In this document: one piece after another, positions 9,706 to 19,875 of the stretch | How the letters are laid out: each line of letters starts with the position of its first letter | Numbering within the stretch: position 1 is the stretch's first letter | Notes under the pieces: generated by a model | The model's input: the letters and a program-made list of their open reading frames with translations, nothing else | What the model was told of the DNA's origin: nothing | The model's database searches: none | Program-made: the position numbers and the translations under genes | IMG/VR virus record: IMGVR_UViG_3300046532_001046 | Span: 1-64,000 of that record | Direction: 5' to 3' (one strand) | Length of the DNA: 64,000 bases | Source: a virus

Positions 9706-10284
9706 TCATGCGGTCACCATCCGAGGTAGAACACCGAACAGGTCGAACACGGAACCTGTCGGCCAGTTGCCCGTATTAGGCGACAACGTAACCTTGTTGA
9801 TCGCTGCTTGCGAGTTCCAAGTATTAGCACCAAGTCTTATAAACCCGTCACCGTCGGAGTCCGAAGCGGCCTGAGTAATAACCGACTTGTATTTCCCGCT
9901 GTTGATGTCGAATACATGACCTATCCATGCAGAAAACTCGTTGGCTCCCGCCGATGAACCCAGCGTCCGAACTGACACGCCAGTAGAAGTACCAGAACCA
10001 GCGGTGGCGGCACTACCGTCCCCTATCATATTCTGGTATGGGTAGTTGCTGCCCGAGTCATCGTTGAACCTCATATAACCGTTGTCGTATATCGCAACTT
10101 GGTTCCCGTGTGTGTACGCGATCACGACCAGATCCATGTACTGGGAGAAGTCACCCGTCTGACCGTCGTCGGTTGAGATCCAATTGACCGAGGCAGCGGG
10201 CAGCGACAGGGATGCGTGGGCGATACCGACCCATGCCTCACCGTCAGTGAGAACACCATCAACAATGTACGCTGGATCAGCCAT
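9706..10284 (-). CDS. tail-fibre tip beta-sandwich protein (MADP paralogue B)
   Basis: MADPAYIVDGVLTDGEAW...FDLFGVLPRMV; paralogue of 13338..13964. Confidence 0.75.
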   Translation of the reverse strand: MADPAYIVDGVLTDGEAWVGIAHASLSLPAASVNWISTDDGQTGDFSQYMDLVVIAYTHGNQVAIYDNGYMRFNDDSGSNYPYQNMIGDGSAATAGSGTSTGVSVRTLGSSAGANEFSAWIGHVFDINSGKYKSVITQAASDSDGDGFIRLGANTWNSQAAINKVTLSPNTGNWPTGSVFDLFGVLPRMVTA

Positions 10285-11114
10285 TATGCGGCCACCGCGT
10301 ATCGGATGATGACAATGCCCGTACCGCCGATGTAGTTGCCGCCACTATATACACCACCAGCGCCGCCACCACAGTTCGGGGTTGGCCCCATTTCGCTGTC
10401 GCCATCGCCGCCTCCACCTGTACCACCCGAAGCATCAACCAGACCTGCACCACCGCCACCACCACCGTACAGTGGGGTCGCTGCACCTATCCCGTATCCC
10501 GTGGCGCCGTTACCACCCGCCCCTGCCGTGCCAGCAACGGCATCCGCACCAGCGGCGCCGTAACCACCACCGCCGCCGCCTGAACGGTCTGGGTGCGATG
10601 TCCCAGCCCCCGCACCGCCAGCGTAGCCTTGGCTGCCAGTTCCAGCACCACCTGCGCCCGCCGCACTAGCCCCACCCGCAGGTCCACCACCGCCAGAACC
10701 ACCTGCTTGGCCCGCAGCGTCGTTGACTGCCCCGCCGTAACCACCATAGGCCGCCGTGACCCCCAACGCTGTGCTGTTCTCAGCGTAAGGCAGGGTTGCG
10801 TTGCCAGTCCCACCCGCACCGACAGCAATCGTATACGTTCCCGCACTCACAGCCATACCCGTGCCCGTCTGAACACCGCCAGCACCACCGCCAGCACCAA
10901 AGCCCGAACCGCCACCGCCACCTGCGACAATCAGATAATCCACATCAGCCGCACCAGCAGCAACATAGAACTTGCCTGAACCACGGAACGTATGCACACG
11001 GTACGTCGTACCAGAATCAACGTACTGCGTGATGATCCCACCAAACGCCGTCAAAGGGTCGCCGCCAGCACCGGCAGCCGCCATCAACCCGAACTTGGCG
11101 GAACCTACAGGCAT
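10284..11114 (-). CDS. glycine-rich tail-fibre/adhesin domain protein (copy B)
   Basis: YRVHTFRGSG...DYLIVAGGGGG...GIVIIRY. Confidence 0.8.
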   Translation of the reverse strand: MPVGSAKFGLMAAAGAGGDPLTAFGGIITQYVDSGTTYRVHTFRGSGKFYVAAGAADVDYLIVAGGGGGSGFGAGGGAGGVQTGTGMAVSAGTYTIAVGAGGTGNATLPYAENSTALGVTAAYGGYGGAVNDAAGQAGGSGGGGPAGGASAAGAGGAGTGSQGYAGGAGAGTSHPDRSGGGGGGYGAAGADAVAGTAGAGGNGATGYGIGAATPLYGGGGGGAGLVDASGGTGGGGDGDSEMGPTPNCGGGAGGVYSGGNYIGGTGIVIIRYAVAA

Positions 11115-11815
11115 TAGGAGAAGTCCTGTCCTGACACTGCTCCGTACCAGAGCGTTCCAGCGTCGATGGTCGTAAAGACGAGGATGTCTGTACGACTAGC
11201 AGTAGTAGTAAGAGTAGGTGCGGTCCCGCCAGCCCACTTCACCGAACCCGGCCAAGTAGCCGTGCGTGAACCGGTCCCGTCCTGATTGAGGAACAGGGTG
11301 AACGAACCCGAGGTCCCTGTGGCGGGAGGATTTGAGAAAGTGAACGTGCAGTTCGCCGTCAGGGTCACGTTGTGGACGTTGCCGTCAGTCAAATCAATCG
11401 TGTCCGTCGCCCCAGATGTGGCGTTGGCGACACAGGTCTCCCCAACGTCCTTGAGGACCGGGGCGCTGATGATCTGGTCTGCGCCGACAATCGCCCCTGA
11501 AAGAGTGCCGCCAGCCTTCGGCAACGCTGCGGCAGCAGTAGTAGTCGTAGAAGTTAGGATTGCATCTCTTGTGGCTATGTCTACGCCATCAAAGGTACTA
11601 TTAGTCGTAATAGCACCGGTCATGGCTCCGCCAGCAAGTGACAGTACATTGCTGGGCAGGGAGGAGTAGGACAACGAGGTCCACGCCGTAGACCCGTCAC
11701 CAATCTTGTACTTATCCGTATCGGTTTCGATAGCGAACTCGCCCTGAGCCAGCGTGGGGTTGTTGGTCGTCCAGTTGCTGGCGGTGTCTCGCCTTAACTG
11801 TATTTGTACAGCCAT
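11114..11815 (-). CDS. tail fibre protein with Mtd/hyaluronidase-like N-terminal anchor
   Basis: MAVQIQLRRDTASNWTTNNPTLAQGE; C-terminal QDGTGSRT.TWP.SVKWAGGTAPTLT. Confidence 0.85.
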   Translation of the reverse strand: MAVQIQLRRDTASNWTTNNPTLAQGEFAIETDTDKYKIGDGSTAWTSLSYSSLPSNVLSLAGGAMTGAITTNSTFDGVDIATRDAILTSTTTTAAAALPKAGGTLSGAIVGADQIISAPVLKDVGETCVANATSGATDTIDLTDGNVHNVTLTANCTFTFSNPPATGTSGSFTLFLNQDGTGSRTATWPGSVKWAGGTAPTLTTTASRTDILVFTTIDAGTLWYGAVSGQDFS

Positions 11816-11824
11816 TACTTACTC

Positions 11825-12223
11825 CTAATCGGTAGCGGCGTAAGCCGTGTCGTAGGCGGTTTGCGCCTCTTCAGCGGTGCCGCCGCCATCCACTGACGCC
11901 TGACGGGCCGCCTCGCCTGCTGCTGCCTTGCGAGTGGCCTTCGCAGTGGGCGGGTCTTCGGGCCACACCACTTCAGACTGACGACTGTACGTTGCTGGTA
12001 AGTCTCTGAGAGCCTGCCTGTACGTCGCCCATTCTTCAGCAGTGTGGGCACCTAGAGAGGCATCATCCAGCCGTGTCCAGTCGGAAGCCGCTAGAGCGCT
12101 GTTACGCGGACTCTTGATGAAACTCATGTCAAGATCATATGACTCATGGGCAGCATCTATCTCAGACTCTTCTTCTGCCGTAAGGTCCATATAAACCCCA
12201 TCTACAACTTTTTGTCTTGGCAT
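11825..12223 (-). CDS. tail fibre assembly chaperone-like protein (copy A)
   Basis: Close paralogue of 8219..8617. Confidence 0.85.
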   Translation of the reverse strand: MPRQKVVDGVYMDLTAEEESEIDAAHESYDLDMSFIKSPRNSALAASDWTRLDDASLGAHTAEEWATYRQALRDLPATYSRQSEVVWPEDPPTAKATRKAAAGEAARQASVDGGGTAEEAQTAYDTAYAATD

Positions 12224-12232
12224 TTCTAACTC

Positions 12233-12775
12233 CTAAGCGTCGTTAGTCACGCCGTACAGCGTGAACGATGAATACTGAGCAAAATCACTGCTTGCTCCCA
12301 GTATCTTGATTCGATTGATTGCAGCCGTGCTGCTCCACATTCCTGCGGTGTAGTAGACATACCATTCGTTGGTACTCGTTGTAAGCCCACCGGCTCCGTT
12401 ATTTATCACTACGGTTTTAAAGTTTGAAGTGCTCGCATAGTTGGGCACCCACATAGTGAATGTACCGAAGGCACTTGCAGTATTGGTGGCACCCGGCATT
12501 CGTGGATATGCAGCCACAGTTGGCTGACTACCATTTCGTTCCACCGATACGGAACCGGCGTGTTGTTGAGTGTAATAGTTGGCGTAATCGTAGTTGGTGG
12601 TTCCTGAATCGTTGTTGAACTGAACCTTGTACGAGGATATCTTTTCGGAGGCGCTACCTCGCGCTGAAGTGACAACGTAAAGGTGGTCATACGCGGAAGA
12701 TATACTCGTTATATCCACCAAGGTGGCATTACCGGAACTGAGTTCGGTGTGATTGATAACAGTGAAAGCAGCCAT
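12233..12775 (-). CDS. tail-fibre tip beta-sandwich protein (MAAFTVI paralogue A)
   Basis: Paralogue of 8620..9150. Confidence 0.75.
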   Translation of the reverse strand: MAAFTVINHTELSSGNATLVDITSISSAYDHLYVVTSARGSASEKISSYKVQFNNDSGTTNYDYANYYTQQHAGSVSVERNGSQPTVAAYPRMPGATNTASAFGTFTMWVPNYASTSNFKTVVINNGAGGLTTSTNEWYVYYTAGMWSSTAAINRIKILGASSDFAQYSSFTLYGVTNDA

Positions 12776-13338
12776 TATGACGACTTCAATCCGTAGAGGC
12801 TAGCCGTAGTGCCTCGCTTGACATCGCCGCTACTCGTCTGGAACCAAATCCTGTCAACGGCACCCGTGTTATTCCACAGACCGTGATTGTTGAAGCCAAT
12901 GGCACTCACATCTGTGGCGTAATGATACTTTCCGCCAAATACTGCTCCACACATTATCTCTGTGGTGGTGATCTTGCTGGTATGGGCGTAGTCCATGATG
13001 GTCATACGGACAAAGCCGAAACAAGGTTCGCCTGTCCAGTTGCCACCCGACGGGGTGTACGTCGTACTAATGCCATAGTTGGCTGTGTACGCTGCTGGCC
13101 TCGGAACCGTGTCGTTGCTCTTTATCTTTATGTAGTGGTTCACATAGTTGCTACCCGTATCAACCGCTCCACCACCAGTGCCGAAACGCAACAATGTGTG
13201 TTCCATCGGGGTGCCTCCATCCCCTCGGTTGGTTATGTGCAACTCCAAATGCTGGTAAGTAGATGGGATGGATGTGAACTCAATACTGGAAGCATCATTC
13301 TCCAATATCACTGTGGCAATTGCTTCGATAACAGCCAT
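12775..13338 (-). CDS. tail-fibre tip beta-sandwich protein (MAVIEAIAT paralogue A)
   Basis: Paralogue of 9150..9671. Confidence 0.75.
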   Translation of the reverse strand: MAVIEAIATVILENDASSIEFTSIPSTYQHLELHITNRGDGGTPMEHTLLRFGTGGGAVDTGSNYVNHYIKIKSNDTVPRPAAYTANYGISTTYTPSGGNWTGEPCFGFVRMTIMDYAHTSKITTTEIMCGAVFGGKYHYATDVSAIGFNNHGLWNNTGAVDRIWFQTSSGDVKRGTTASLYGLKSS

Positions 13339-13964
13339 TATGCGTTCACCATTCTTGGCAGGATACCGAATAGGTCGAAAGTAGAACCTGTCTTGAAGTT
13401 GTTAGTGGAAAGGGAAAGAACTATTGAAGAGAGATTGAGGTCATGTCCTCCGTATAGACCACGCCACCCAGAAAAGATTGTGGCAACATAGTCACTGCCT
13501 CCTGAGGCACCCAGATTTCCGACTCGGGACGATGCGTTTTTGAACTTGGTATTACAGTTGATGTCATAGAAATAACAGACCGTGGTGGCGAAGGCATTAG
13601 TCGGCTGACCATCTGCGGCAATCGCTCCGACGAACATCAAACTAGTCTTAAAGTTCTGCCCAGTGGCACTTCCCGACCCGGTGTAGTACAAGCGGTGACT
13701 TTCGTAACTGCCCCCATCTGTGGAAGTGTTTGAATCACTGTTCAACTTCGCGTACATTGTCACTCCCCCAGTGCCCGTATAAGTACCCCGTCCTGAGACT
13801 ATGAGAACTAGGTCCATGAACTGGGACCAGTCCTTGGAACTTCCGTCGTTGGGTGATGTAAACGTGACTGTTGAAACGTCCGACGCCAACGTCTGTTTAC
13901 TGAGGCCAATCCAAGCCTCTCCATCTTCCAAAACTCCACCTGAGATATAACTGGGGTCAGCCAT
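13338..13964 (-). CDS. tail-fibre tip beta-sandwich protein (MADP paralogue A)
   Basis: Paralogue of 9706..10284. Confidence 0.75.
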   Translation of the reverse strand: MADPSYISGGVLEDGEAWIGLSKQTLASDVSTVTFTSPNDGSSKDWSQFMDLVLIVSGRGTYTGTGGVTMYAKLNSDSNTSTDGGSYESHRLYYTGSGSATGQNFKTSLMFVGAIAADGQPTNAFATTVCYFYDINCNTKFKNASSRVGNLGASGGSDYVATIFSGWRGLYGGHDLNLSSIVLSLSTNNFKTGSTFDLFGILPRMVNA

Positions 13965-13966
13965 GA

Positions 13967-14854
13967 CTACACCTCATACCTGATGACGACAATGCCTGAA
14001 CCGCCATAACCACTATCCCGAATATAAGTGTCGGTGCCACCATAAGCCCCACCACCACCACCTGAACTTGGTCTGCCCCCTTCTCCGGGCATTGCAGTCT
14101 GCCTCGCAGCACCGCCACCGCCTGAACCACCAACGCCATGCGTATCACCAGTTTGGTATGACGCTCCACCACCCCCACCCGCATAGGTCGGGTTAGTAGC
14201 GGTGCGACCAATGCCGGTTGCTCCTGCACCACCGGCACCACCCGTGTCCGATGATGCGTCGACTCCAGCAGCGCTCTTGCCTCCACCACCACCGCTTGCA
14301 CCAGTGTTTTGGTAAGTGCCTCCTCTGTACCCATCGCCACCATCATTGCCTTGACCGGATGTACCAGATCCACCAGTGGGCGTCCCGCCCGAATAGCCAG
14401 AACCGGCACCGCCACCGGAACCACCACTACTAGCATTGTTGTTAGAGATAGATCCAGCCCCACCACCAGTTGCGGTCAAACCAAAGGCAGAACTGTTGGA
14501 GCCACTAGCACCGTTGTAGTTCATAGTGCCACCCCAGCCTCCCTTTCCGACAACAATCGTGTACGTCTGAGCGGTCACGGTGTGGCCTGTGCCTGACAAC
14601 ATGCCACCGGCACCGCCACCACCGGCTGATCCGGCATAGGTGCCTTGGGCGTTACCCCCACCGGCAACAATCAAGTAATCCACATCAACCTCGTTATTTA
14701 CCACATAAAACTTCCCCGAACCTCTGAAGGTATGAACCCGGTATGTCGTTCCAGAATCGGTGTATTGCGAGATAATCCCACCGAACGCCGTCATGCCACC
14801 ACCGGCTGATCCGGCTGCTCCTAATAGGGCTACTCGCCCAGCACCAAGAGGCAT
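13967..14854 (-). CDS. glycine-rich tail-fibre/adhesin domain protein (copy A)
   Basis: Shares TAFGGII.QY.DSGTTYRVHTFRGSGKFYV with 10284..11114. Confidence 0.8.
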   Translation of the reverse strand: MPLGAGRVALLGAAGSAGGGMTAFGGIISQYTDSGTTYRVHTFRGSGKFYVVNNEVDVDYLIVAGGGNAQGTYAGSAGGGGAGGMLSGTGHTVTAQTYTIVVGKGGWGGTMNYNGASGSNSSAFGLTATGGGAGSISNNNASSGGSGGGAGSGYSGGTPTGGSGTSGQGNDGGDGYRGGTYQNTGASGGGGGKSAAGVDASSDTGGAGGAGATGIGRTATNPTYAGGGGGASYQTGDTHGVGGSGGGGAARQTAMPGEGGRPSSGGGGGAYGGTDTYIRDSGYGGSGIVVIRYEV

Positions 14855-15759
14855 TAGGCCATCGCCAACCCGGCGGCAAAGCCGTACCAGATGACGCCAC
14901 CATCAACGGTCAGGAACGTCAGAATGTCCACGCCTGAAGCAGTCAGAGTGGGTGCCGTTCCACCAGCCCAATCAACAGAGGTGGGCCAAGTCAGGGTGGC
15001 GCTCGCCCCATTGGTGACGATCAAAGTGAACGACCCGGCACTACCCGTCGCCGGAGGGTTGGTGAAAGTCAACGTCTGGGCACCGGACAGCGTGTAGGTC
15101 TGCACGTTCCCCAGAGAAAGGTCCACGGCATGTGCTGCCATAGCCACCTTGGTTTCGGCGTAATCCTTCATCACCGGGCGTTGGAGAATCTGATCGGCAG
15201 CGTCAACTGTGCCTGACAGGGTTCCACCAGCCTTCGGCAACGCTGCACCAGCCGTGGTGGTTGTAGAAGTCAGTATTGCGTCTCTTACTGCGATATCAAC
15301 ACCGTCAAAGGTGCTGTTGGTTGTGATCGCACCGGTCATTGCCCCACCAGCAAGTGGCAGTACGGTGCTAGTCAGAGCAACCGTTCCTGTGCTGTCGGGC
15401 AGGGTGAGTGTGCGGTCTGCGGTCGGGTCGGTAACCAGAAGGGTGGTCTCATAAGCATCGGCAGTGGCACCCTCAAAGACTATCCTGTCCTTCGCCAGAA
15501 TACTGGCAGCGTCAACTGTAACGGTGGTACCAGAGACAGTCAGGTCTCCGGTGATGCGGGCAGAACCTGTCACATCAAGGGCGACAGTGGGCGTGGTCTG
15601 GTTGATACCTACCCGGCTATTGCCAGAGTCGACCTTCAGCACACCGGGATTGAGGGACACGCCATAGGCGGTCCACTTCTCGCTATCCCACTGCCACTGC
15701 TTACCGCTTACGGTATGTATGTCACCCGTGGTTGGGCTGTTTGGAAAGTCAATTGCCAT
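14854..15759 (-). CDS. tail fibre protein
   Basis: MAIDFPNSP N-terminus, VGIN.TTP..ALDV and FEGATAD.YETTL..TDPTADRT.TLP fibre motifs, WPTSVDWAGGTAPTLT tip. Confidence 0.85.
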   Translation of the reverse strand: MAIDFPNSPTTGDIHTVSGKQWQWDSEKWTAYGVSLNPGVLKVDSGNSRVGINQTTPTVALDVTGSARITGDLTVSGTTVTVDAASILAKDRIVFEGATADAYETTLLVTDPTADRTLTLPDSTGTVALTSTVLPLAGGAMTGAITTNSTFDGVDIAVRDAILTSTTTTAGAALPKAGGTLSGTVDAADQILQRPVMKDYAETKVAMAAHAVDLSLGNVQTYTLSGAQTLTFTNPPATGSAGSFTLIVTNGASATLTWPTSVDWAGGTAPTLTASGVDILTFLTVDGGVIWYGFAAGLAMA

Positions 15760-16367
15760 TACGCTGAGGCTCCTCCGTCAAGAGCGGTTAGGCCACCGAA
15801 TACAGTGCCCGATTGCCCTCCGTCGATATTGAATACTAAACTGAAGTTTGGTTCTTCTATGGCGTGACCCATTTCTACCCAAGTACCATCGTACCTGATG
15901 AATGTCCTGCCTGTATCAGACTCAAACCAGAACTGTCCGGGGTCCGGGGAGGTGGGTGCAGTATCAGAGGCTGTTAGTAGCAGATTCTCTGCTGCGTGAC
16001 CGAGTTCAACCCACTGAGACGAGTTGGCGTCCGTGTAGTATATGAACGTCTTACCAGTATCCGACTCAAACCAAACGTCTCCAACGGTGGCACTAGCGGG
16101 AAGAGTGTCACCGACCTTGAATGACTGTCCATCGCTGGCGTGTCCTAGTTCAACCCAAGTGCTGTCGTAGTAGATGAAAGCCTTGCCGGAATCGGACTCG
16201 TACCACAGGTCCCCCAGTGTGGGGCTTGACGGGGCAGCATCGGCAGCGGTGAACTTGTTGGTGTTGGCGCTACGAGCCCAGTAGGTGCCATTCCAAACCC
16301 AAACGGTATCCCCAACGGTCTTGGTATCGTTGACAGATGGGGAGGCAGGAAAGTCGATAGCCGCCAT
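15759..16367 (-). CDS. virion structural protein with three GDxWFESDTG...WVELG repeats
   Basis: Repeat visible three times in the translation. Confidence 0.8.
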   Translation of the reverse strand: MAAIDFPASPSVNDTKTVGDTVWVWNGTYWARSANTNKFTAADAAPSSPTLGDLWYESDSGKAFIYYDSTWVELGHASDGQSFKVGDTLPASATVGDVWFESDTGKTFIYYTDANSSQWVELGHAAENLLLTASDTAPTSPDPGQFWFESDTGRTFIRYDGTWVEMGHAIEEPNFSLVFNIDGGQSGTVFGGLTALDGGASA

Positions 16368-16948
16368 TAGACGCCGCCTCCGTCAAGGGTGGGCGTCCCG
16401 CCATAAGAACTGCCGGGGACACCCCCATCCATGTTGATGAAGAACTCATGTGAGGAATCGACACTCTGGCCGAGTTCCACCCACTGCGAAGTGTTTGCAT
16501 CCGTGTAATACACGAGAGTGTTGCCGGTGTCTGACTCAAACCACAGGTTGCCTGCGTCAGGAGCGGCGGGGGGCGTCTCGGAAACGGTCAGGCTTGCCCC
16601 ACCGCCAGACACTTCCTGCCATGCACCACTGGACCGGAAATAGAACGTGTCGTTCGTGGTGTCTACAGCAAGAGCACCATTGGCTAAGGCTGTGGAGGGA
16701 GCACCGTTGGTAGCCAATGTGACTACCCCGAGGGCGGCTTCAAAGGTGTCGTCGGTCTTTAGGACATTTGCCGCAGAGCGGTAAAGGGTTGCATCACCAC
16801 TAGCAGACCCCGTACCCCATGTAATCTTGCCGCCAGCATCCATTGACATACGGGCATTGGAGTCTCCAGCAACTTTGGTGCGGAGGGCCTCCGAAGACGC
16901 TGACGCTTGGTCATCAACAGATACAACGGTCTTGAATGATCTAGCCAC
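16367..16948 (-). CDS. virion structural/tail protein
   Basis: LYRSAANVLKTDD motif and one WFESDTG...WVELG repeat. Confidence 0.75.
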   Translation of the reverse strand: MARSFKTVVSVDDQASASSEALRTKVAGDSNARMSMDAGGKITWGTGSASGDATLYRSAANVLKTDDTFEAALGVVTLATNGAPSTALANGALAVDTTNDTFYFRSSGAWQEVSGGGASLTVSETPPAAPDAGNLWFESDTGNTLVYYTDANTSQWVELGQSVDSSHEFFINMDGGVPGSSYGGTPTLDGGGV

Positions 16949-16987
16949 GGCCTCAACCGATCCTATGTACTTGGTAGCCCCTCAGGA

Positions 16988-18175
16988 CTAACCTATAATA
17001 ACAACCTTGTAAGCGTTGGACGCTGGTGCGGACGCAAAGGTCAGGGTCACTGCGTTCGTGCTCGTGCGGTCCACGTCACAAACCACTGTTTCCTTGGTGG
17101 AAGCGTCGTAAACCTCAACCACGACATCATCTGTAGCAAGGCTGTGTGTTACAGCGATTGCTGTAGCGCTGCCGTCCCCAATGGTTCCCGTGACCTTAGT
17201 GGTCGCTCCGAGATTGGTTCTGGCTGCTGCTGCGGTAGAGGCCCCGGTACCACCGTGGGCGACTGCAACATCTGTTGCCGCCCACGTACCGGTGGCGATT
17301 GTGCCAACCGTCGTAAGAGAGGAAGTAACGATTGTGCTGCCCAGAGTGGAACCAGACAGGACGGTGTTGGCCCCGATGTTGTAGGCGAGCACACTGACGG
17401 TGCCCTGCGTGCCACTGAAGACCTCTGAGGTGTTAGTGGCATCGGGGATGTAGGTGAAGAATCCGGTGGAATCGTCGTATCCGAAGTAACCGACCTTGGC
17501 AGCCGAGCCAGTGTGGTAGCGGAACTCAATACCACGATCCTTGTCGTCGTCCGACGACGGGGCGACATCCCCACCCAGAGTGAAGATCGGATCGTCAACC
17601 GTGATGGTGCTGGAGTTGACGGTAGTAGTTGTACCATTGACTACGAGGTTGCCTGTAACGGTAAGAATGCCACCGACAGTGACATCATCTGGCTGCCCAA
17701 TGGTCAGGGTGCCAGCGGCGTCATCGTAGGAGACGCTAACCTCGTTAGCGGTACCGGCAACAAGGGCACCTGCTACGTCCTGAACGGCCTCGGTGAAGTC
17801 GGTTACAGCCGTTGAGGGAATGGCTATGGTCGTAGTAGCAGCGGCGGTTAGGCGTCCCTGAGCGTCAACAGTGAATGTGGCTACTGCGGTGGCGCTGCCA
17901 TAGGCAGCAGCGGTCACAGCAGTATCAGCAAGAGCAATACTAACTACCCCGCTGGTTCCCCCACCACTCAGCCCAGTTGATGCAGTGACGCCAGAGATAT
18001 CACCGGCAATGTTTACCCAAGCCGTTGCGTTTCGGAAGTAGACAGTGTCATCGACAGTGTCATAGTAAATCTGGCCTTCAACCGGGCTACCGGGAGCCGT
18101 TGCCAGATTCTGGACACGGGCGTTCTGGAGTTCGTTCTTGTTGAGATCAAGATTGGTAACGAACTTCATTGCCAT
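16988..18175 (-). CDS. tail fibre/virion structural protein
   Basis: DLNKNELQNA.VQNLA..P.SP.EGQIYY; GNL.VNGTTTTVNS; C-terminal TH.L.T.DVVV. Confidence 0.8.
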   Translation of the reverse strand: MAMKFVTNLDLNKNELQNARVQNLATAPGSPVEGQIYYDTVDDTVYFRNATAWVNIAGDISGVTASTGLSGGGTSGVVSIALADTAVTAAAYGSATAVATFTVDAQGRLTAAATTTIAIPSTAVTDFTEAVQDVAGALVAGTANEVSVSYDDAAGTLTIGQPDDVTVGGILTVTGNLVVNGTTTTVNSSTITVDDPIFTLGGDVAPSSDDDKDRGIEFRYHTGSAAKVGYFGYDDSTGFFTYIPDATNTSEVFSGTQGTVSVLAYNIGANTVLSGSTLGSTIVTSSLTTVGTIATGTWAATDVAVAHGGTGASTAAAARTNLGATTKVTGTIGDGSATAIAVTHSLATDDVVVEVYDASTKETVVCDVDRTSTNAVTLTFASAPASNAYKVVIIG

Positions 18176-18187
18176 TGTTGGAAACCT

Positions 18188-18595
18188 CTAAGAGAAATAT
18201 GCCTTCCCGGCGAAGGCACTACTAAAGGATACCACGATTTGATCTACGCTAGAGTAGGTAACTGTACCCACAACTATGGTTCCAGCACTGTCCACAACCG
18301 ACACACCTCCGGGCTCATATCCCAAGTTATGGGTAATGGTCCATGTAGCGGAGGCACTGCCTTGAGTGTGCTTATACCGTCCACCTATTGGTATGGTCAG
18401 GTTTAGAGTCTGTGTGGGAGCAGTCCCAGTGATTGTTGCTGCCGCTGGTCCCGTGCCCACTGTTCCTATTGCCAAAGTGTTTGCAGGACCGGGCTTGCCG
18501 GTGGCTGCTACCGAAACTACGCTTGTTTTCCCCTCAGTGACAACAGAGGCTGTCTTGGTCTTGGTGACCGTGACTGTTTCGGAGTTATGGGGCAT
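18188..18595 (-). CDS. virion structural protein
   Basis: HTQ.SASATWTITHNLG..P...V.FSSAFAGKAY. Confidence 0.75.
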   Translation of the reverse strand: MPHNSETVTVTKTKTASVVTEGKTSVVSVAATGKPGPANTLAIGTVGTGPAAATITGTAPTQTLNLTIPIGGRYKHTQGSASATWTITHNLGYEPGGVSVVDSAGTIVVGTVTYSSVDQIVVSFSSAFAGKAYFS

Positions 18596-18597
18596 GA

Positions 18598-19326
18598 CTA
18601 ATAGGGATTACTGGAAGTTGCGGCTTCAACTACTAGGCTCCCGGCGGCTAGGACATCCCAGTCCCCGGCAGAATCCTGTATAAACAGATCATAGGAGTAG
18701 GTGCCTGCGGCCACGTCATTCTTGTCAGAGATATGCAGGTCCAGTGTGGCCGTAGCAGTCTCCGAAACAATCAGGTAGCCCCTAGTGTTCGCAGGAGTTA
18801 ATGCAACAACCGTTGCCTCTGTGGGCTTAGACGCATACCACCGGAGGTCCACGACGGTGGCGCCCGCAGCGGTCTTGGCCTGCATGTAGGCAGACTGCAC
18901 AGCCTGAACCGCATCGTCTGAATCCTTCCAAGTGAAGGTACGATAGAAATCTGTTTTCTGTGTGTATCTGAGTTCCAAGGCTTTAGAGTCCTCCTCCGGT
19001 GTCACCCGGTCTTCGTTAGAAACATTGACCAGACCTTTGCTGACCTGCTTTTCAACGTCTGCCCCATACAGTTTACACGTTGCGTATACGTCGTATGCGA
19101 GTTCCCCCGTAGGGAGATCCTTGGTCTGAGCGGCGGTAAGCGACAACGACACGCCGTTCTCACCCGTGACCACTGCCGTAACTTCCAGTACTGAAGTCGT
19201 GCTCGTCTGGATGTACGCACGGGCCGTAGCGGGAGTCACAACCCGATGGGACCTTCTGTCCTTGATAATGAGCAGCCTCTCCCACGGAAGGCCACGGACA
19301 ATGTCGTAGTTTACGTACCAGACCAT
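18598..19326 (-). CDS. baseplate-upper (BppU)-like protein with two tandem beta domains
   Basis: LSLTAAQT..L..G...YD and GTYSYDL motifs; heads the tail operon. Confidence 0.6.
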   Translation of the reverse strand: MVWYVNYDIVRGLPWERLLIIKDRRSHRVVTPATARAYIQTSTTSVLEVTAVVTGENGVSLSLTAAQTKDLPTGELAYDVYATCKLYGADVEKQVSKGLVNVSNEDRVTPEEDSKALELRYTQKTDFYRTFTWKDSDDAVQAVQSAYMQAKTAAGATVVDLRWYASKPTEATVVALTPANTRGYLIVSETATATLDLHISDKNDVAAGTYSYDLFIQDSAGDWDVLAAGSLVVEAATSSNPY

Positions 19327-19338
19327 AGTATTAGTTTA

Positions 19339-19527
19339 TCACTCCTCGGCGTCATCCTCGTAAAGTTGGCTTTCGGGGGTACCCTCAATGTCTAGCAAGA
19401 GGCGGTCCACGTCATAGTCTTCAATCTCTTGTGAGAATCTTTCCGCCAGCACGTTCTCCTGCCACATGGGGTCCTTCCCCACTGTCACATTTATCGTTTC
19501 CCACTGGGGTCCGTCTGGTGCTGGCAT
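19339..19527 (-). CDS. small acidic protein with N-terminal GPQW tag
   Basis: MPAPDGPQW...; GAGG RBS. Confidence 0.65.
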   Translation of the reverse strand: MPAPDGPQWETINVTVGKDPMWQENVLAERFSQEIEDYDVDRLLLDIEGTPESQLYEDDAEE

Positions 19528-19531
19528 ATGC

Positions 19532-19693
19532 TTACCTCATCACCTGTAGTTTTACTTCCCATTGGCCTCCAGAGCCAACTTTCAGTATGGACAGGACCGT
19601 AATACGTTTGTAACCTTGAGCCTGAGCCAGACGGACGGCCTGCTCCCGAGCATCATGGAGCATCGGCGTGTCCACCGTGAACGTAACGATCAT
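19532..19693 (-). CDS. small hypothetical protein (53 aa)
   Basis: Manually read MIVTFTVDTPMLHDAREQAVRLAQAQGYKRITV...; TACAAT six nt before the ATG. Confidence 0.65.
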   Translation of the reverse strand: MIVTFTVDTPMLHDAREQAVRLAQAQGYKRITVLSILKVGSGGQWEVKLQVMR

Positions 19694-19875
19694 GTCCCCA
19701 TTGTACTACTATATGTAAGTGCAGTTGCCCAGTATCGTGGTCTGTGGTCTACCAATGCTGACCGTACCGTGGGGATGCTGGGAATGTGAGGTCTTCTGGG
19801 TGGCCCCCAGAACTGCTAGGACTTCCGATTGTTGGATGTGCAATAGTCTAGGGCACAAATACACGAAGAATCGCT

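Noticed and set aside
6181-15759. Diversity-generating retroelement or invertase shufflon acting on the Mtd-like fibres
   Set aside because: No reverse transcriptase or site-specific recombinase in the window, repeats are direct and coding, and I saw no adenine-specific template/variable repeat pair
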